Source of the DNA: an uncultured Gammaproteobacteria bacterium
GTDB lineage: Bacteria > Patescibacteriota > Microgenomatia > PFEM01 > CAZTHI01
DNA: 35,960 bases
NCBI GenBank assembly: GCA_964613135.1
Contig: CAZTHI010000003.1
Location: 1-35,960, forward strand
Reading direction: 5' to 3'
Position 1 is the first letter of the stretch; each line of letters opens with the position of its first letter. The notes under the pieces were generated by a model, which made no database searches, was not told the origin of the DNA, and saw nothing but the letters and a program-made list of their open reading frames with translations. The position numbers and the translations under genes are program-made. Shown in pieces: positions 22,698-31,570 of the stretch.

Positions 22698-24452
22698 ATG
22701 CCCAGCAAATTTAAGCTCTTAATTTTTTTCTCCATTATTTTCTTAAATTTTTTTCCCAAAAATAATTTAATTTTTGCCCATACCATGTCGGATACAACTT
22801 GCACTTGTTCCGCCAATGATTTTTGTTCGGCCGGTACGACGACTCAGTCCCATTGTCACCCTTATGGTGACGACCGATGGTCTTGGGAAGGTTGTCATTT
22901 TGATGCCAACAGTTGTTATTGCCGACCGAATGGTTGTGGCGGGGCACCGGTGCCCACAGCGACGCCGACCAGAGCCCCAACCGCGATCCCTACCCCCACT
23001 TCTACCCCAATGCCATCTTGCGTTTTGAATGCTTCTCCCAATCCCTGCACGGTTAATCCCGCCGCCTCCACTTGCGGTAACGCTTCCTGTTGCACCACCA
23101 CAATTTCTTGGACCGCCAATAATAATATTGATATTTATGTTTCTTTGGATGGAAATTCGGGAACTCCTTTTGGCTCCAGCGGTCCGGGAACCAATTCTGC
23201 CACCGCCTCTTGGATACAATGCAATCATACTTATGATTTCCAGGGGAAAATGGGCGGCGTGGTTAAGTGCAGTCGGCGGGTAACCGCCACCTGTCCACTG
23301 GCAACGGCGACCCCCACTTCACCTCCCCAACCAACCGACACCCCGGTGCCAACCTTGCCGCCCGGATCTACCTGTCAAATAGCTGCTGTTGCTGCCAGCG
23401 ACGGGCAATATGCCGACCGCATTTATGTTTCTTGGACGGTTCTTAATGGCACCGAAGCGCAGAGAATTGATGTTTATCAGGGGACGACTTATTTAACCAG
23501 CCAGTCCGCTACCGACCCCGGCCAATGGCATTTTACTCATCAAAATTTAACCTGTCCGGTTACCAATATTTACAATATTTATTGTTGGAAAAACAATAAT
23601 CTTTACGGTCGGGGATCGGATATGGGGAGCACCCTTTGCCCGACGCCCACCGGGAATCCGCCAACCGGCGGACCGACGTCGATGCCGCGAATATCATCAA
23701 CGCCGACGCCAACCTCCCGCTGGCCATCGCCCACGCCGCCCGTGGCTTACGGGGCCTGGTTTCAGTCCCAAGACGGCGATGTTCACGCTCAGGAAGGGAT
23801 TAGTGATCCTCTGCCTCAGGTTCCTCCCAAAGTGTTTAGCTTGGATGGTGATGGTCAATTTCCCGGGGTGGTTTCTTACGGGACCAGCGCTTATTTTGGG
23901 GGACTGGACTCGGAAGTCTCGTCTTGGGGGTGGTTGGCCAGAACCAGGTTCGTTTTAAGAAATTTTCATTTTTATTATAGCTTTTTGGAGCAGTCTCTAA
24001 ATGCTAATTTTAACGGAGGAATGCCGAGCGGAGATGGGGTTTATTTTGCCGATGGTGACCAAACCATCGCCGGCGGTTGGGAATTGGCGGGCGGGAAAAG
24101 AATCATTATTCTGGTTGACGGCAATGTCGGAATAACGGGTAATATTCTTGTTCCCTATGGCAGCTCACTGGTTTTAATCGCCTCGGGGAATATTAATTTT
24201 GGGAATAATGTTTCTCAAGCCCAAGGCATCTTTTTGGCCGATAAAAAGATTACCACCGGCTCTGGCTCAGCCGCCTTTGCGGGCGAGGGGAGTTTTGTCG
24301 CCGGTCAAGAAATTGATCTGGGCCGTCGTTTTGGCGATATTCGGGACCGGCTTACTCCGGTAGAGAAGTTTCTTTTCCGGCCGGATATCATCATTAATAG
24401 TCTTCGGGATCTTTGGTCCACCAGCCATGTCTGGGAAGAACTCGCGCCGTAG
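22698..24452 (+). CDS. secreted multi-domain protein with a Cys-rich N-terminal region and Pro/Thr linkers
   Basis: Signal-like MPSKFKLLIFFSIIFLNFF. Three PT-rich linkers (PVPTATPTRAPTAIPTPTSTP; ATATPTSPPQPTDTPVPTLPP; CPTPTGNPPTGGPTS..TPTPTS). No enzyme motif recognised. Confidence 0.65.
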   Translation: MPSKFKLLIFFSIIFLNFFPKNNLIFAHTMSDTTCTCSANDFCSAGTTTQSHCHPYGDDRWSWEGCHFDANSCYCRPNGCGGAPVPTATPTRAPTAIPTPTSTPMPSCVLNASPNPCTVNPAASTCGNASCCTTTISWTANNNIDIYVSLDGNSGTPFGSSGPGTNSATASWIQCNHTYDFQGKMGGVVKCSRRVTATCPLATATPTSPPQPTDTPVPTLPPGSTCQIAAVAASDGQYADRIYVSWTVLNGTEAQRIDVYQGTTYLTSQSATDPGQWHFTHQNLTCPVTNIYNIYCWKNNNLYGRGSDMGSTLCPTPTGNPPTGGPTSMPRISSTPTPTSRWPSPTPPVAYGAWFQSQDGDVHAQEGISDPLPQVPPKVFSLDGDGQFPGVVSYGTSAYFGGLDSEVSSWGWLARTRFVLRNFHFYYSFLEQSLNANFNGGMPSGDGVYFADGDQTIAGGWELAGGKRIIILVDGNVGITGNILVPYGSSLVLIASGNINFGNNVSQAQGIFLADKKITTGSGSAAFAGEGSFVAGQEIDLGRRFGDIRDRLTPVEKFLFRPDIIINSLRDLWSTSHVWEELAP

Positions 24453-24462
24453 GAATATCACT

Positions 24463-25020
24463 ATGGAAATTGAGATACAGGGGCCACTTCAAAAAAGTAA
24501 AAAGTTAAAACCGCCAGTCGCCAAACCCCTTTTTCAAATATTGGTCTTTTTTAAAGAAAATGACCAGGATTTTCGCCTAAAATGGGATGGGGGAAAGTCT
24601 TATTTTTACTTTGTCTACAAGAGAAAACCGGGGGTTGAGCGAAGGGTAAGAGAGGAAGTTACGGTTAAAATTGCTAAAAGGGAACTTAAAAGTTTTTTGC
24701 TAATACTAAAATCTTTGGGTTTTAAGAAAGGCTTTGTTTCGCCGGTGGAGCGGATTGACGTTATCGATAATAAAGGCATAATCTGGTCGTTCAAGCTCGG
24801 GTCAGTTATCGGCGATTATTGGGAAGCCGAAGCCAGCGAAAAACTAATTCAGACCCTTAAAGACGAAAAACAGGTGATTGCCTTTTTGCTTAAATCTGCC
24901 CGCAGTCAGGGCTTGTCTGTTTGGAGCGATTTGGAATTTAAAAAAATCAAGGAGCTAAAATGGGCGGGAATTAAGCCGCAGTCTCTGGCTGGTATCTATA
25001 AAATTCTAAAGGCGTGCTAG
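24463..25020 (+). CDS. CYTH-like (triphosphate tunnel) domain protein, paralog A
   Basis: Starts MEIEIQ, an ExExK-like motif with K replaced by Q. Also has RVREEVTVKI, LKSLGFKKG and SFKLGSVIGDYWEAEA. ATG at 24463 preferred over 24427. Confidence 0.6.
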   Translation: MEIEIQGPLQKSKKLKPPVAKPLFQILVFFKENDQDFRLKWDGGKSYFYFVYKRKPGVERRVREEVTVKIAKRELKSFLLILKSLGFKKGFVSPVERIDVIDNKGIIWSFKLGSVIGDYWEAEASEKLIQTLKDEKQVIAFLLKSARSQGLSVWSDLEFKKIKELKWAGIKPQSLAGIYKILKAC

Positions 25021-25089
25021 TTTTTGACTAGGGGCCCATGAGCAAGCCGGTCACGGACCACAATGTATTATAGTCTGCAATTAAGATTA

Positions 25090-25689
25090 TCAAAATTTAA
25101 ATTCTCTCACTTCCACGTTCTTTAAGGTGAAATTAAAAAACTCATCAGCCGAAATACTGGGGTTAAAGTATTTATTGATCATCCTGATTACGAATGAGTG
25201 GCAAATAATCAAAATATTCTTGTCAGGGCAGTCCTTTTTTAACTCATCCATTACCGCGAAAACTCTTTCTTGCACCTCTTGAGAGCTTTCCCCGCCGGGG
25301 GGTGTTTTATGGTAAGCCATTTCGCTGGTATACCCTCTCTGATATTTTTCCTGAACCTCTTTTAAAGTAAGTCCTTCATAAACTCCGACATTCCTTTCTT
25401 TTAACCGTGGTTCTATTCTCACTGTTTTATGAATATAGCCGTTAACTATCTCTGTGGTTTGCTTCGTTCTGGTCATAGAGGAGGAGATTATCAGGTCGAT
25501 ATCAAAATCCTTCATCTTCTTACCCAGTTCGTGAGCCTGGTCAATTCCTGTTTCATTCAGTTCAACGTCTTTTTGACCCAGCAACATACCCACGCGATTT
25601 TTTTCAGTTTCTCCATGACGAGCTATATATAAAATTCCCATAGTCCGATTTTGCTGAGCAGGCCGGTCTATGATCATGGGGTGTGCCAT
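25090..25689 (-). CDS. histidine phosphatase (phosphoglycerate-mutase-like) family protein
   Basis: LYIARHGETEKN (RHG motif) and a C-terminal ILIICHSFVIR (His). An alternative start lies at 25641. Confidence 0.85.
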   Translation of the reverse strand: MAHPMIIDRPAQQNRTMGILYIARHGETEKNRVGMLLGQKDVELNETGIDQAHELGKKMKDFDIDLIISSSMTRTKQTTEIVNGYIHKTVRIEPRLKERNVGVYEGLTLKEVQEKYQRGYTSEMAYHKTPPGGESSQEVQERVFAVMDELKKDCPDKNILIICHSFVIRMINKYFNPSISADEFFNFTLKNVEVREFKF

Positions 25690-25693
25690 TAGA

Positions 25694-26269
25694 TTAAAAC
25701 ATTGTTTTTAACAATTTTTCAATTTCTTCTTTTTTATATAATTTATGGATATTTTGATTTTCCCATTCAATTGCCTTTTGATACTCTTCTTTAGCATAGG
25801 GAACTAAGTTTAATTTCTTGGCCAGCAAATTGGGGTCGGCTATCGAAGATTCTATCTCAAATGTATAGTAATCATCGGTATATTTTGAGAGTTTAATTTC
25901 ATAATCCCGGTAATCAAATTCCCAGCTTTCCCAGCCATAGACCATGCCCGATTTATAACCCATTACTTCAAATAAACTCAAGGCGTTTAGAAATTCGCCG
26001 GGAAGAAGTTTAACTTCGATTTCTTGCCTTTCTTTTTTATCATATGACCCAACTTTCATGGTAATTTTCTCTTTGTCATTGCTCTTTTTAATCCTTAAAT
26101 CAAACAAAGAAGAATAATCCCAACTTTTGGTTGCCTCGTTGAAGCCGGAAGAAATATCGACGGACAGTCGGTGATAATGGTCTTTTATTCTTCCGTTCTT
26201 TTCGAGAAAGGCAAAAAGTTCTTCAAAATTAACTTTTGATAATTTCCCCCTGATTTCAATCTCGGTCAT
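25694..26269 (-). CDS. CYTH-like domain protein, paralog B
   Basis: Starts MTEIEIRGKL (ExExR). Also has DLRIKK, ERQEIEVKL, LFEVMGYK and YYTFEIES. Confidence 0.6.
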   Translation of the reverse strand: MTEIEIRGKLSKVNFEELFAFLEKNGRIKDHYHRLSVDISSGFNEATKSWDYSSLFDLRIKKSNDKEKITMKVGSYDKKERQEIEVKLLPGEFLNALSLFEVMGYKSGMVYGWESWEFDYRDYEIKLSKYTDDYYTFEIESSIADPNLLAKKLNLVPYAKEEYQKAIEWENQNIHKLYKKEEIEKLLKTMF

Positions 26270-26320
26270 GATTGTATATTAGCATAATCATTTCGGCGGT
26301 TTTTGAATAAGACAAATGAA

Positions 26321-26396
26321 AATGGAATTCGATATATCAGTTTACTAACTGCTATAGCGAATGGAATTCGATATATCAGTTTACTAACTGCTATAG
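26321..26396. repeat. perfect 37-bp tandem duplication (AATGGAATTCGATATATCAGTTTACTAACTGCTATAG) separated by CG
   Basis: Copies at 26321..26357 and 26360..26396. The second copy contains the stop codon of the kinase gene. Confidence 0.9.
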
Positions 26397-27362
26397 ATAC
26401 TTTTCGAAGTAGATAAATTTCCTATATCTCCTGCATTGAGTAGCTCTGGTTATTCGTGAATCAGTCGGCAAATCTGCAAAAAAAGTGCAGGCGTCACTCA
26501 AACAGGAAAAGCAAATCCATTGGTATAAATTTTTATCAGGGGATATTTTTTGAGGGGCAGATTTATTGTAACCTTCCAAAAAAGACATAAATATCTCTTC
26601 CCAATGATGTTCTAAGCCGTCGGGAAGTGACCATTCGGCCAAAGCAATTCCTAAATCTTTAATAAGAGGTCCCTTACATGACCAATCAAAATCAACAACG
26701 GCCGAAACGGAAAACTTGTCAAATAATATATTACTAGGGATAAAATCATTATGGATAATACCCATGTCGCCTTGATATTGCCGAGCCCATTTCAAATATG
26801 ATTCAATTATAGTTAGAAACTCGGAACCCCCATCCAGTTTTACGATGGAATCTCTGCGCAAAAGCGCTCTTTCATATTCGGTAAAAATAGTGCGTCGTTT
26901 ATGATTTTCGTACGTAAAAGAAAGGCCCGCTACGTGTAATCGCGCTAATGCTTCCCCTGCGGCGCAAGCATATCGGATATCGGGCTTAGTATCATGTTCA
27001 ACCGCTATAGTTGTACCTGATATAAAACGAAAAGCTACTGTTGTGACCCCATTGATTACTACCCAGAGATTTCTCTTCGTCGTCATTAAAATTTCAGGCA
27101 CTGGAGCCCGGTGTTCAAATAGGAAATTTAAAAGCGTAGCTTCGAAGTCGACAGTTTCGGTGATGTTACGTTTACTGAGGCGCAAAACACCCTTGCTACC
27201 ATTAGCCATCGTAAACACATACATATCATTATCAACTCCCTCTTGGAGTAGTAAAAGAGGATAGGAGGGATCGAATCCATATAAAGGTAAAATCTTACGC
27301 GCGAACTTTTGGATATCCATAATCTCTAAATACATTGTAAGAGAACGAGGAAATTTGAGCAA
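26391..27362 (-). CDS. aminoglycoside/choline-kinase-type phosphotransferase (APH family)
   Basis: Catalytic loop IIHNDFIPSNILFD and metal-binding VVDFDWS. Start uncertain (TTG 27362; ATGs 27 and 42 nt downstream). Confidence 0.8.
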   Translation of the reverse strand: MLKFPRSLTMYLEIMDIQKFARKILPLYGFDPSYPLLLLQEGVDNDMYVFTMANGSKGVLRLSKRNITETVDFEATLLNFLFEHRAPVPEILMTTKRNLWVVINGVTTVAFRFISGTTIAVEHDTKPDIRYACAAGEALARLHVAGLSFTYENHKRRTIFTEYERALLRRDSIVKLDGGSEFLTIIESYLKWARQYQGDMGIIHNDFIPSNILFDKFSVSAVVDFDWSCKGPLIKDLGIALAEWSLPDGLEHHWEEIFMSFLEGYNKSAPQKISPDKNLYQWICFSCLSDACTFFADLPTDSRITRATQCRRYRKFIYFEKYL

Positions 27363-27388
27363 TAGAGAAATCGAAAGTCAGAAGAAGT

Positions 27389-27874
27389 TTATCTTGAGGG
27401 ATTTGGGTCGCAAAACTGGACAATTTTCCGTGAGAATTGTTTGATTTTACTTTCGGACTTACCCTCTATTTCCAATCTGTCGCCCAGCTCTTCTACATTC
27501 CATTCATCAAGAGTGATATCTAATCCGTCAATCTTAAAATAATGACGAATTTTCTGTTTACTGCCGTCAGATTTCATTCCAACTATAAGTAGGAAGTCAA
27601 TATATTGTTGAGTGTCTTCAGTTATGGGTATGGAAACCTCTTTTTTTTTATTAATTTCATTCTCACTCCTGAATCCACCCTTGGCCGTTAAGAACCTTCT
27701 CTCTCTATCGTTTTCTTTTATCTCTTCGATCCTAATATAGAAACTATCGTCATTTTTACGATCAAAGTAGATCATTTTGATTTCCGAAACCTTTTCATCA
27801 GCCCATCTTCTGAGGAAAGTCAGGAGACCCTTTTTATTGGTAACTTTGAAATTCATTTCGATTTCTTGAGTCAT
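27389..27874 (-). CDS. CYTH-like domain protein, paralog C
   Basis: Starts MTQEIEMNFKV. Also has FYIRIEE, LTAKG, KKEVSIPI and ITLDEWNVEELGDRLEIEG. TATAAT lies 6 nt upstream of the ATG at 27874. Confidence 0.6.
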   Translation of the reverse strand: MTQEIEMNFKVTNKKGLLTFLRRWADEKVSEIKMIYFDRKNDDSFYIRIEEIKENDRERRFLTAKGGFRSENEINKKKEVSIPITEDTQQYIDFLLIVGMKSDGSKQKIRHYFKIDGLDITLDEWNVEELGDRLEIEGKSESKIKQFSRKIVQFCDPNPSR

Positions 27875-28069
27875 GAGTGCATTATACAATAGAAAAAATA
27901 GAAGATATGATATAGAAGGAAACTCCTAGAAAAACTATCAGAGAATATCTGGCGCTATATTATTTCTCAATAAGTTTTTGGATTTGAGGCAAATCTGGTT
28001 GGTAGTGGCCGCGAGGGACACGTAACTCAAAATTTGGGGTCTTGAGTTCCACCCACAGACTTTCTCAGA

Positions 28070-28165
28070 TTAGATTCTTATTACCCGTCCTTGACCTTTA
28101 ATCGGTACAATCCCCAAGGTAGTATCGATATCAACAATTACTTCTTTATTTCCTCCAGTCATCAT
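28070..28165 (-). CDS. possible 31-aa small ORF downstream of the radical SAM gene (speculative)
   Basis: Manual translation gives MMTGGNKEVIVDIDTTLGIVPIKGQGRVIRI. No SD and no recognised family. Confidence 0.15.
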   Translation of the reverse strand: MMTGGNKEVIVDIDTTLGIVPIKGQGRVIRI

Positions 28166-28217
28166 TGATGGGTATTATAACATTTCTGCCTCAGGCAGTG
28201 TCTCTTATTATGCTAGG

Positions 28218-29486
28218 TTAACGAACCGGTTTTGAAATAGGTTTTTGTAATGCTGAAGGTATTTGATTAATAAGCCAGGCATAACCTTCAAGAAAACTAT
28301 TTTTAGACCAGGCTCCGGTTTGGTTTTCACCACGGGCGTATCGTGCCTGAAAAACCAGATGGCGAGTATCATAATAATCCCAGTTTGTCTCTTGAATCCT
28401 GCCCTGGTCTGTCAATAGCCTGGCAGTTTTTGTCCCAGGAAGGGGAGTTAAAATTGAAAGATAGACACCGTTTGGCTGGATGCCTTTAATAAAGCTCAAC
28501 ATTTGTGGAAAGATTTCTCTTGGTTCGAAATCAAAACCAACCATCAGAGCGACTAAGGTTTGGATATTAGGATATTCTTTGACTTTTTCAAATACTCTGA
28601 GTGGGTCTTTTCCTTTTATGCCTTTTTTAACTTCAGCCAAGCTCTCACGGAAAGGAGATTCTAAGCCTACAGCAAGCGTGGCATGACCGACAGAATTAGC
28701 TAATTCGAGAAATTTATCGTTATCGAGTGTGCTAATTCCAACTTGGGCAAACCAATCTAGATCCCGACCCTGAAGTTCTTGTCTAATTCTTTCTAAGAGT
28801 CTTAAGTCTGGGGATCCCAATCCAAAACTGTCGCAGGTAAAAAAAGAGTAGAGATCTTTTCTTCCTTCTAATAAATTTCGTCTTCGGAGCTCGGCAATAG
28901 TTTCGTTTAAGGGTCGGTGTCTAATTGTTTCGCCTGCGACCAAATGAACGGTACAATAATCGCAATTCATTGGACAACCACGGGCGTGCGAAAGTTGTTG
29001 CATATGGCTTTTCTGGGCGTATTCATAAATATCTCTAGAAGCCAAGGGAAGGTTTTGTAAGGAAACAATCGGCGTATAGTAAGTTTTTGATAAAGGACGG
29101 CCGTTTTTATAATCAGAAAGAACTTGCGTCCAGCTTCCACCTTCGACCTCACCGCTTAAAACAACCCCATAATTAGACATTTCTTGGGTGCATACCGTGG
29201 GGTGGATACCGCCAAAAACAACGCCATAAGCGCCAGCTTTTTGTGCTTCTTGAGCAATTTCTTTAGCTCTTTGGGCTGCTGAGGTCATGACTGTTATTCC
29301 AACCAAAGCCCCCTGCATCTGGCGATAGTCAATTTGTTCAAAAGCTTCATCAATAATGGCAACTTTTATGTCTGGAAAATGGTGGTTGGTTTCCGCCGCA
29401 ACGGCCAATAATCCCGAAGGTGTACCCCGATCGGCAAGATTTGACAGGTGAGGCTTGGGATTAACCAAAACAATCTCTTTTGTCAT
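28218..29486 (-). CDS. B12-binding-domain radical SAM enzyme
   Basis: N-terminal Rossmann-like cobalamin-binding region, then SHARGCPMNCDYCTV (CxxxCxxC). Confidence 0.85.
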   Translation of the reverse strand: MTKEIVLVNPKPHLSNLADRGTPSGLLAVAAETNHHFPDIKVAIIDEAFEQIDYRQMQGALVGITVMTSAAQRAKEIAQEAQKAGAYGVVFGGIHPTVCTQEMSNYGVVLSGEVEGGSWTQVLSDYKNGRPLSKTYYTPIVSLQNLPLASRDIYEYAQKSHMQQLSHARGCPMNCDYCTVHLVAGETIRHRPLNETIAELRRRNLLEGRKDLYSFFTCDSFGLGSPDLRLLERIRQELQGRDLDWFAQVGISTLDNDKFLELANSVGHATLAVGLESPFRESLAEVKKGIKGKDPLRVFEKVKEYPNIQTLVALMVGFDFEPREIFPQMLSFIKGIQPNGVYLSILTPLPGTKTARLLTDQGRIQETNWDYYDTRHLVFQARYARGENQTGAWSKNSFLEGYAWLINQIPSALQKPISKPVR

Positions 29487-29498
29487 GGCCGAGCAAAG

Positions 29499-29514
29499 TA
29501 TACCATATGGTATA
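29499..29514. promoter_or_regulatory. perfect 16-bp palindrome TATACCATATGGTATA in a 37-bp divergent intergenic region; overlapping face-to-face extended -10 elements
   Basis: Plus strand: TGGTATAAT (29508..29516), then 7 nt, then GTG at 29524. Minus strand: TGGTATACT (29505..29497), then 10 nt, then ATG at 29486. Confidence 0.55.
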
Positions 29515-29523
29515 ATATTATAG

Positions 29524-30315
29524 GTGGTTGGTAGAAATAATTATCTAAGTCTCGTTTCGACTGCCCGTGGAATTATTGGGCAGTTGTTAAAAGATAAGAA
29601 AACAATTGCTATCCTCATTAATGGTTCTGCAGTTTGGGGATCTGAGTCTCTTTTGAATAAAAGTTCCGACGTTGATCTGGATATTATTATTTCGGGAAAT
29701 TCCATCCCAAGTTTAAGAAATAGCAAAACTCCTGCTTTTGATTCTTTTAGAAAAAATTTTACCCGGTTATTCAGTAATTGTAAGTTAGATTATGCTAGCT
29801 GGAAGCTAATTACACCAAATGGATGCGCCGGTCTTCACTTCGTTCCAGTGGATATCTTTAAACTGGTATGTAACTATCCGTACGTAAAATCTACCCACAC
29901 GCTTTGTTTAAGGGAATATAGAATGTATCCTAAAGAAAAGCCCCCGGTTTATCTACAAAGAAATTTTGGAGGGCAACTTTATGAATATGTTTGTGGGGTC
30001 GATAAAATCAAAGAGGGTTATATAACACAAATACCGTTGGTAATAATAAAAAACGGACAATATTTCAATGGCCTTCTTGCTGATAAATATCTGACATATC
30101 CCGTTATTGTTGATCGTTATCAAAACGTAAAAATAAGATTATATTTAGCAAATCTAAAGAAAAACTTATTTTTAAGGCTTAAAAAGGAGCAGTCTCTGGG
30201 TCTTGTCGGCAAAACTGCGAATCTGGGAAACTTGCCTCATGCTAAAGATCGGATGCCTAGATATGAGTTAAGACATCTAAGATTAGAAACGAAAATGATG
30301 GAGTATTTTTATTAA
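29524..30315 (+). CDS. pol-beta-superfamily nucleotidyltransferase domain protein with a large uncharacterised C-terminal region
   Basis: ILINGSAVWGSESLLNKSSDVDLDIII gives GS...DxD. GTG start. Confidence 0.6.
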   Translation: MVGRNNYLSLVSTARGIIGQLLKDKKTIAILINGSAVWGSESLLNKSSDVDLDIIISGNSIPSLRNSKTPAFDSFRKNFTRLFSNCKLDYASWKLITPNGCAGLHFVPVDIFKLVCNYPYVKSTHTLCLREYRMYPKEKPPVYLQRNFGGQLYEYVCGVDKIKEGYITQIPLVIIKNGQYFNGLLADKYLTYPVIVDRYQNVKIRLYLANLKKNLFLRLKKEQSLGLVGKTANLGNLPHAKDRMPRYELRHLRLETKMMEYFY

Positions 30316-30316
30316 A

Positions 30317-30883
30317 ATGAAGGTTATTTGCCTTGCTGATACCCAGGCGTCATCCGATATTTTAAAACAGTACTTTTTAAGTTGTAGGTTTTATCTAGAC
30401 CAGGCAGACATGATTGTTCATTTGGGAGATGGTTATGAAGAGGCAAGGCCATACCTAAAAGCGTATAAAAATGTTACCTGCCTTAAGGGAAATCATGATT
30501 CAAAAAATCTTGGCTTACCGACTGAGTCTAGGCAAAACATCTATGGTTTGCGGATATTGTTTATCCACGGAGAAAGTCAAAACCGTCTCAAGGAGCAGTT
30601 GAATATTTGGGAAAACAAATTGCGCTGGTTTTTGGGAAGACCGCCCAATCTAACGGACTATTATGCAGAATTATATCGCCGTTATAAAAATAAGTATGAT
30701 ATCGTGGTCTACGGGCATATCCACATCCCTAGAATCGAGAGAATAGGCAAGACTTACTTCTTTTGTCCCGGCGGATTTCCACCCAAAAGACTACTTTTTG
30801 GCCATAAACCCTCTTTTGGAATGATAAAATTGATCGGGACGAAAAAGAGCGTTTTGCCGAGGTTTTATACGTTTAATGTCTAA
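30317..30883 (+). CDS. metallophosphoesterase (YfcE/MJ0936-like)
   Basis: CLADTQ, HLGDG, GNHD, IHGE and YGHIHIP are calcineurin-like phosphoesterase motifs. Starts 2 nt after the upstream stop. Confidence 0.8.
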   Translation: MKVICLADTQASSDILKQYFLSCRFYLDQADMIVHLGDGYEEARPYLKAYKNVTCLKGNHDSKNLGLPTESRQNIYGLRILFIHGESQNRLKEQLNIWENKLRWFLGRPPNLTDYYAELYRRYKNKYDIVVYGHIHIPRIERIGKTYFFCPGGFPPKRLLFGHKPSFGMIKLIGTKKSVLPRFYTFNV

Positions 30884-30905
30884 ACTTGCTGAATTTGAAA
30901 CACAA

Positions 30906-31514
30906 TTAAGCGAGCCGATTTATGAACCAAGTGTCCGGCGGGTTTTTGCTGCTTTTAAAGAATTTAGTCATTTTGTACTCGAAGTAAAATTCATCTCTGC
31001 AGGGTAAACCCCAAAAACCCAGTTCTTCTTTTCCATGTCTTTTGTTAGGAAGGCCAATGTCTACGCCCGCGAGTTTAAATCCATTTTTATGATAAAAAAC
31101 ATAGCTCGCTAGATCGTCATTGCTCATCGGTACGAAAATTTTTGGCAACTTTAATTCTTTTGCGATATTCTTGATTTTGTTTAATAGTTTGGTAGCTATT
31201 CCCTGCCTGAAATATTTTGGAACTGTCAATATAGCCAAGAGAAACAATCTATCCTTTTGTTTTTCCCACGTAGCACAACCGAGAAACTTGCTTCCATCCA
31301 CCGCAATTAGGTTTTTCATTTTTTGTACATCGTACCAAGTGTCTTTTTCAAGAAAATCAACCTCCCCATATGTGTCCATATAAAGTTTTGTTATTTGTGC
31401 CATTTCCCTTGGATCCCCAGCTTCTTTTATTACAACTGATCTTGAAGCCAGAGGTTTAGACGTATTTACATACCCAATGTAAAATCTTTTTTGCAGATTT
31501 TCCTTTAAACTCAT
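30906..31514 (-). CDS. GNAT family N-acetyltransferase
   Basis: FRQGIATKLLNKIKNIAKE (acetyl-CoA loop) and YHKNGFK. TATAAT lies 6 nt upstream of the ATG. Confidence 0.8.
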   Translation of the reverse strand: MSLKENLQKRFYIGYVNTSKPLASRSVVIKEAGDPREMAQITKLYMDTYGEVDFLEKDTWYDVQKMKNLIAVDGSKFLGCATWEKQKDRLFLLAILTVPKYFRQGIATKLLNKIKNIAKELKLPKIFVPMSNDDLASYVFYHKNGFKLAGVDIGLPNKRHGKEELGFWGLPCRDEFYFEYKMTKFFKSSKNPPDTWFINRLA

Positions 31515-31570
31515 GACCGGATTATAGTAAAATATCGGAAGAATTAGTGATTAACAAAACCTTTATTCAA

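Noticed and set aside
22595-22816. 73-aa minus-strand ORF upstream of and overlapping the secreted-protein gene
   Set aside because: It is Lys-rich and low-complexity, overlaps the signal-peptide region of the plus-strand gene, and has no motif or plausible promoter.
22698-24452. Diversity-generating retroelement target gene
   Set aside because: The window contains no reverse transcriptase and no template/variable repeat pair.
27990-28060. Possible tRNA or tRNA fragment (GGTTGGTAGTGG..., ...GAGTTCCACCC)
   Set aside because: No cloverleaf can be drawn. The acceptor, D and T stems are not complementary, and the T-loop-like string lacks a paired stem.
29438-29448. GATTTGACAGG inside the rSAM coding region, matching the tail of the 32914/34358 repeat
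   Set aside because: The match is only 11 nt, lies within a conserved coding region, and lacks the 23-mer half. It is most likely chance.
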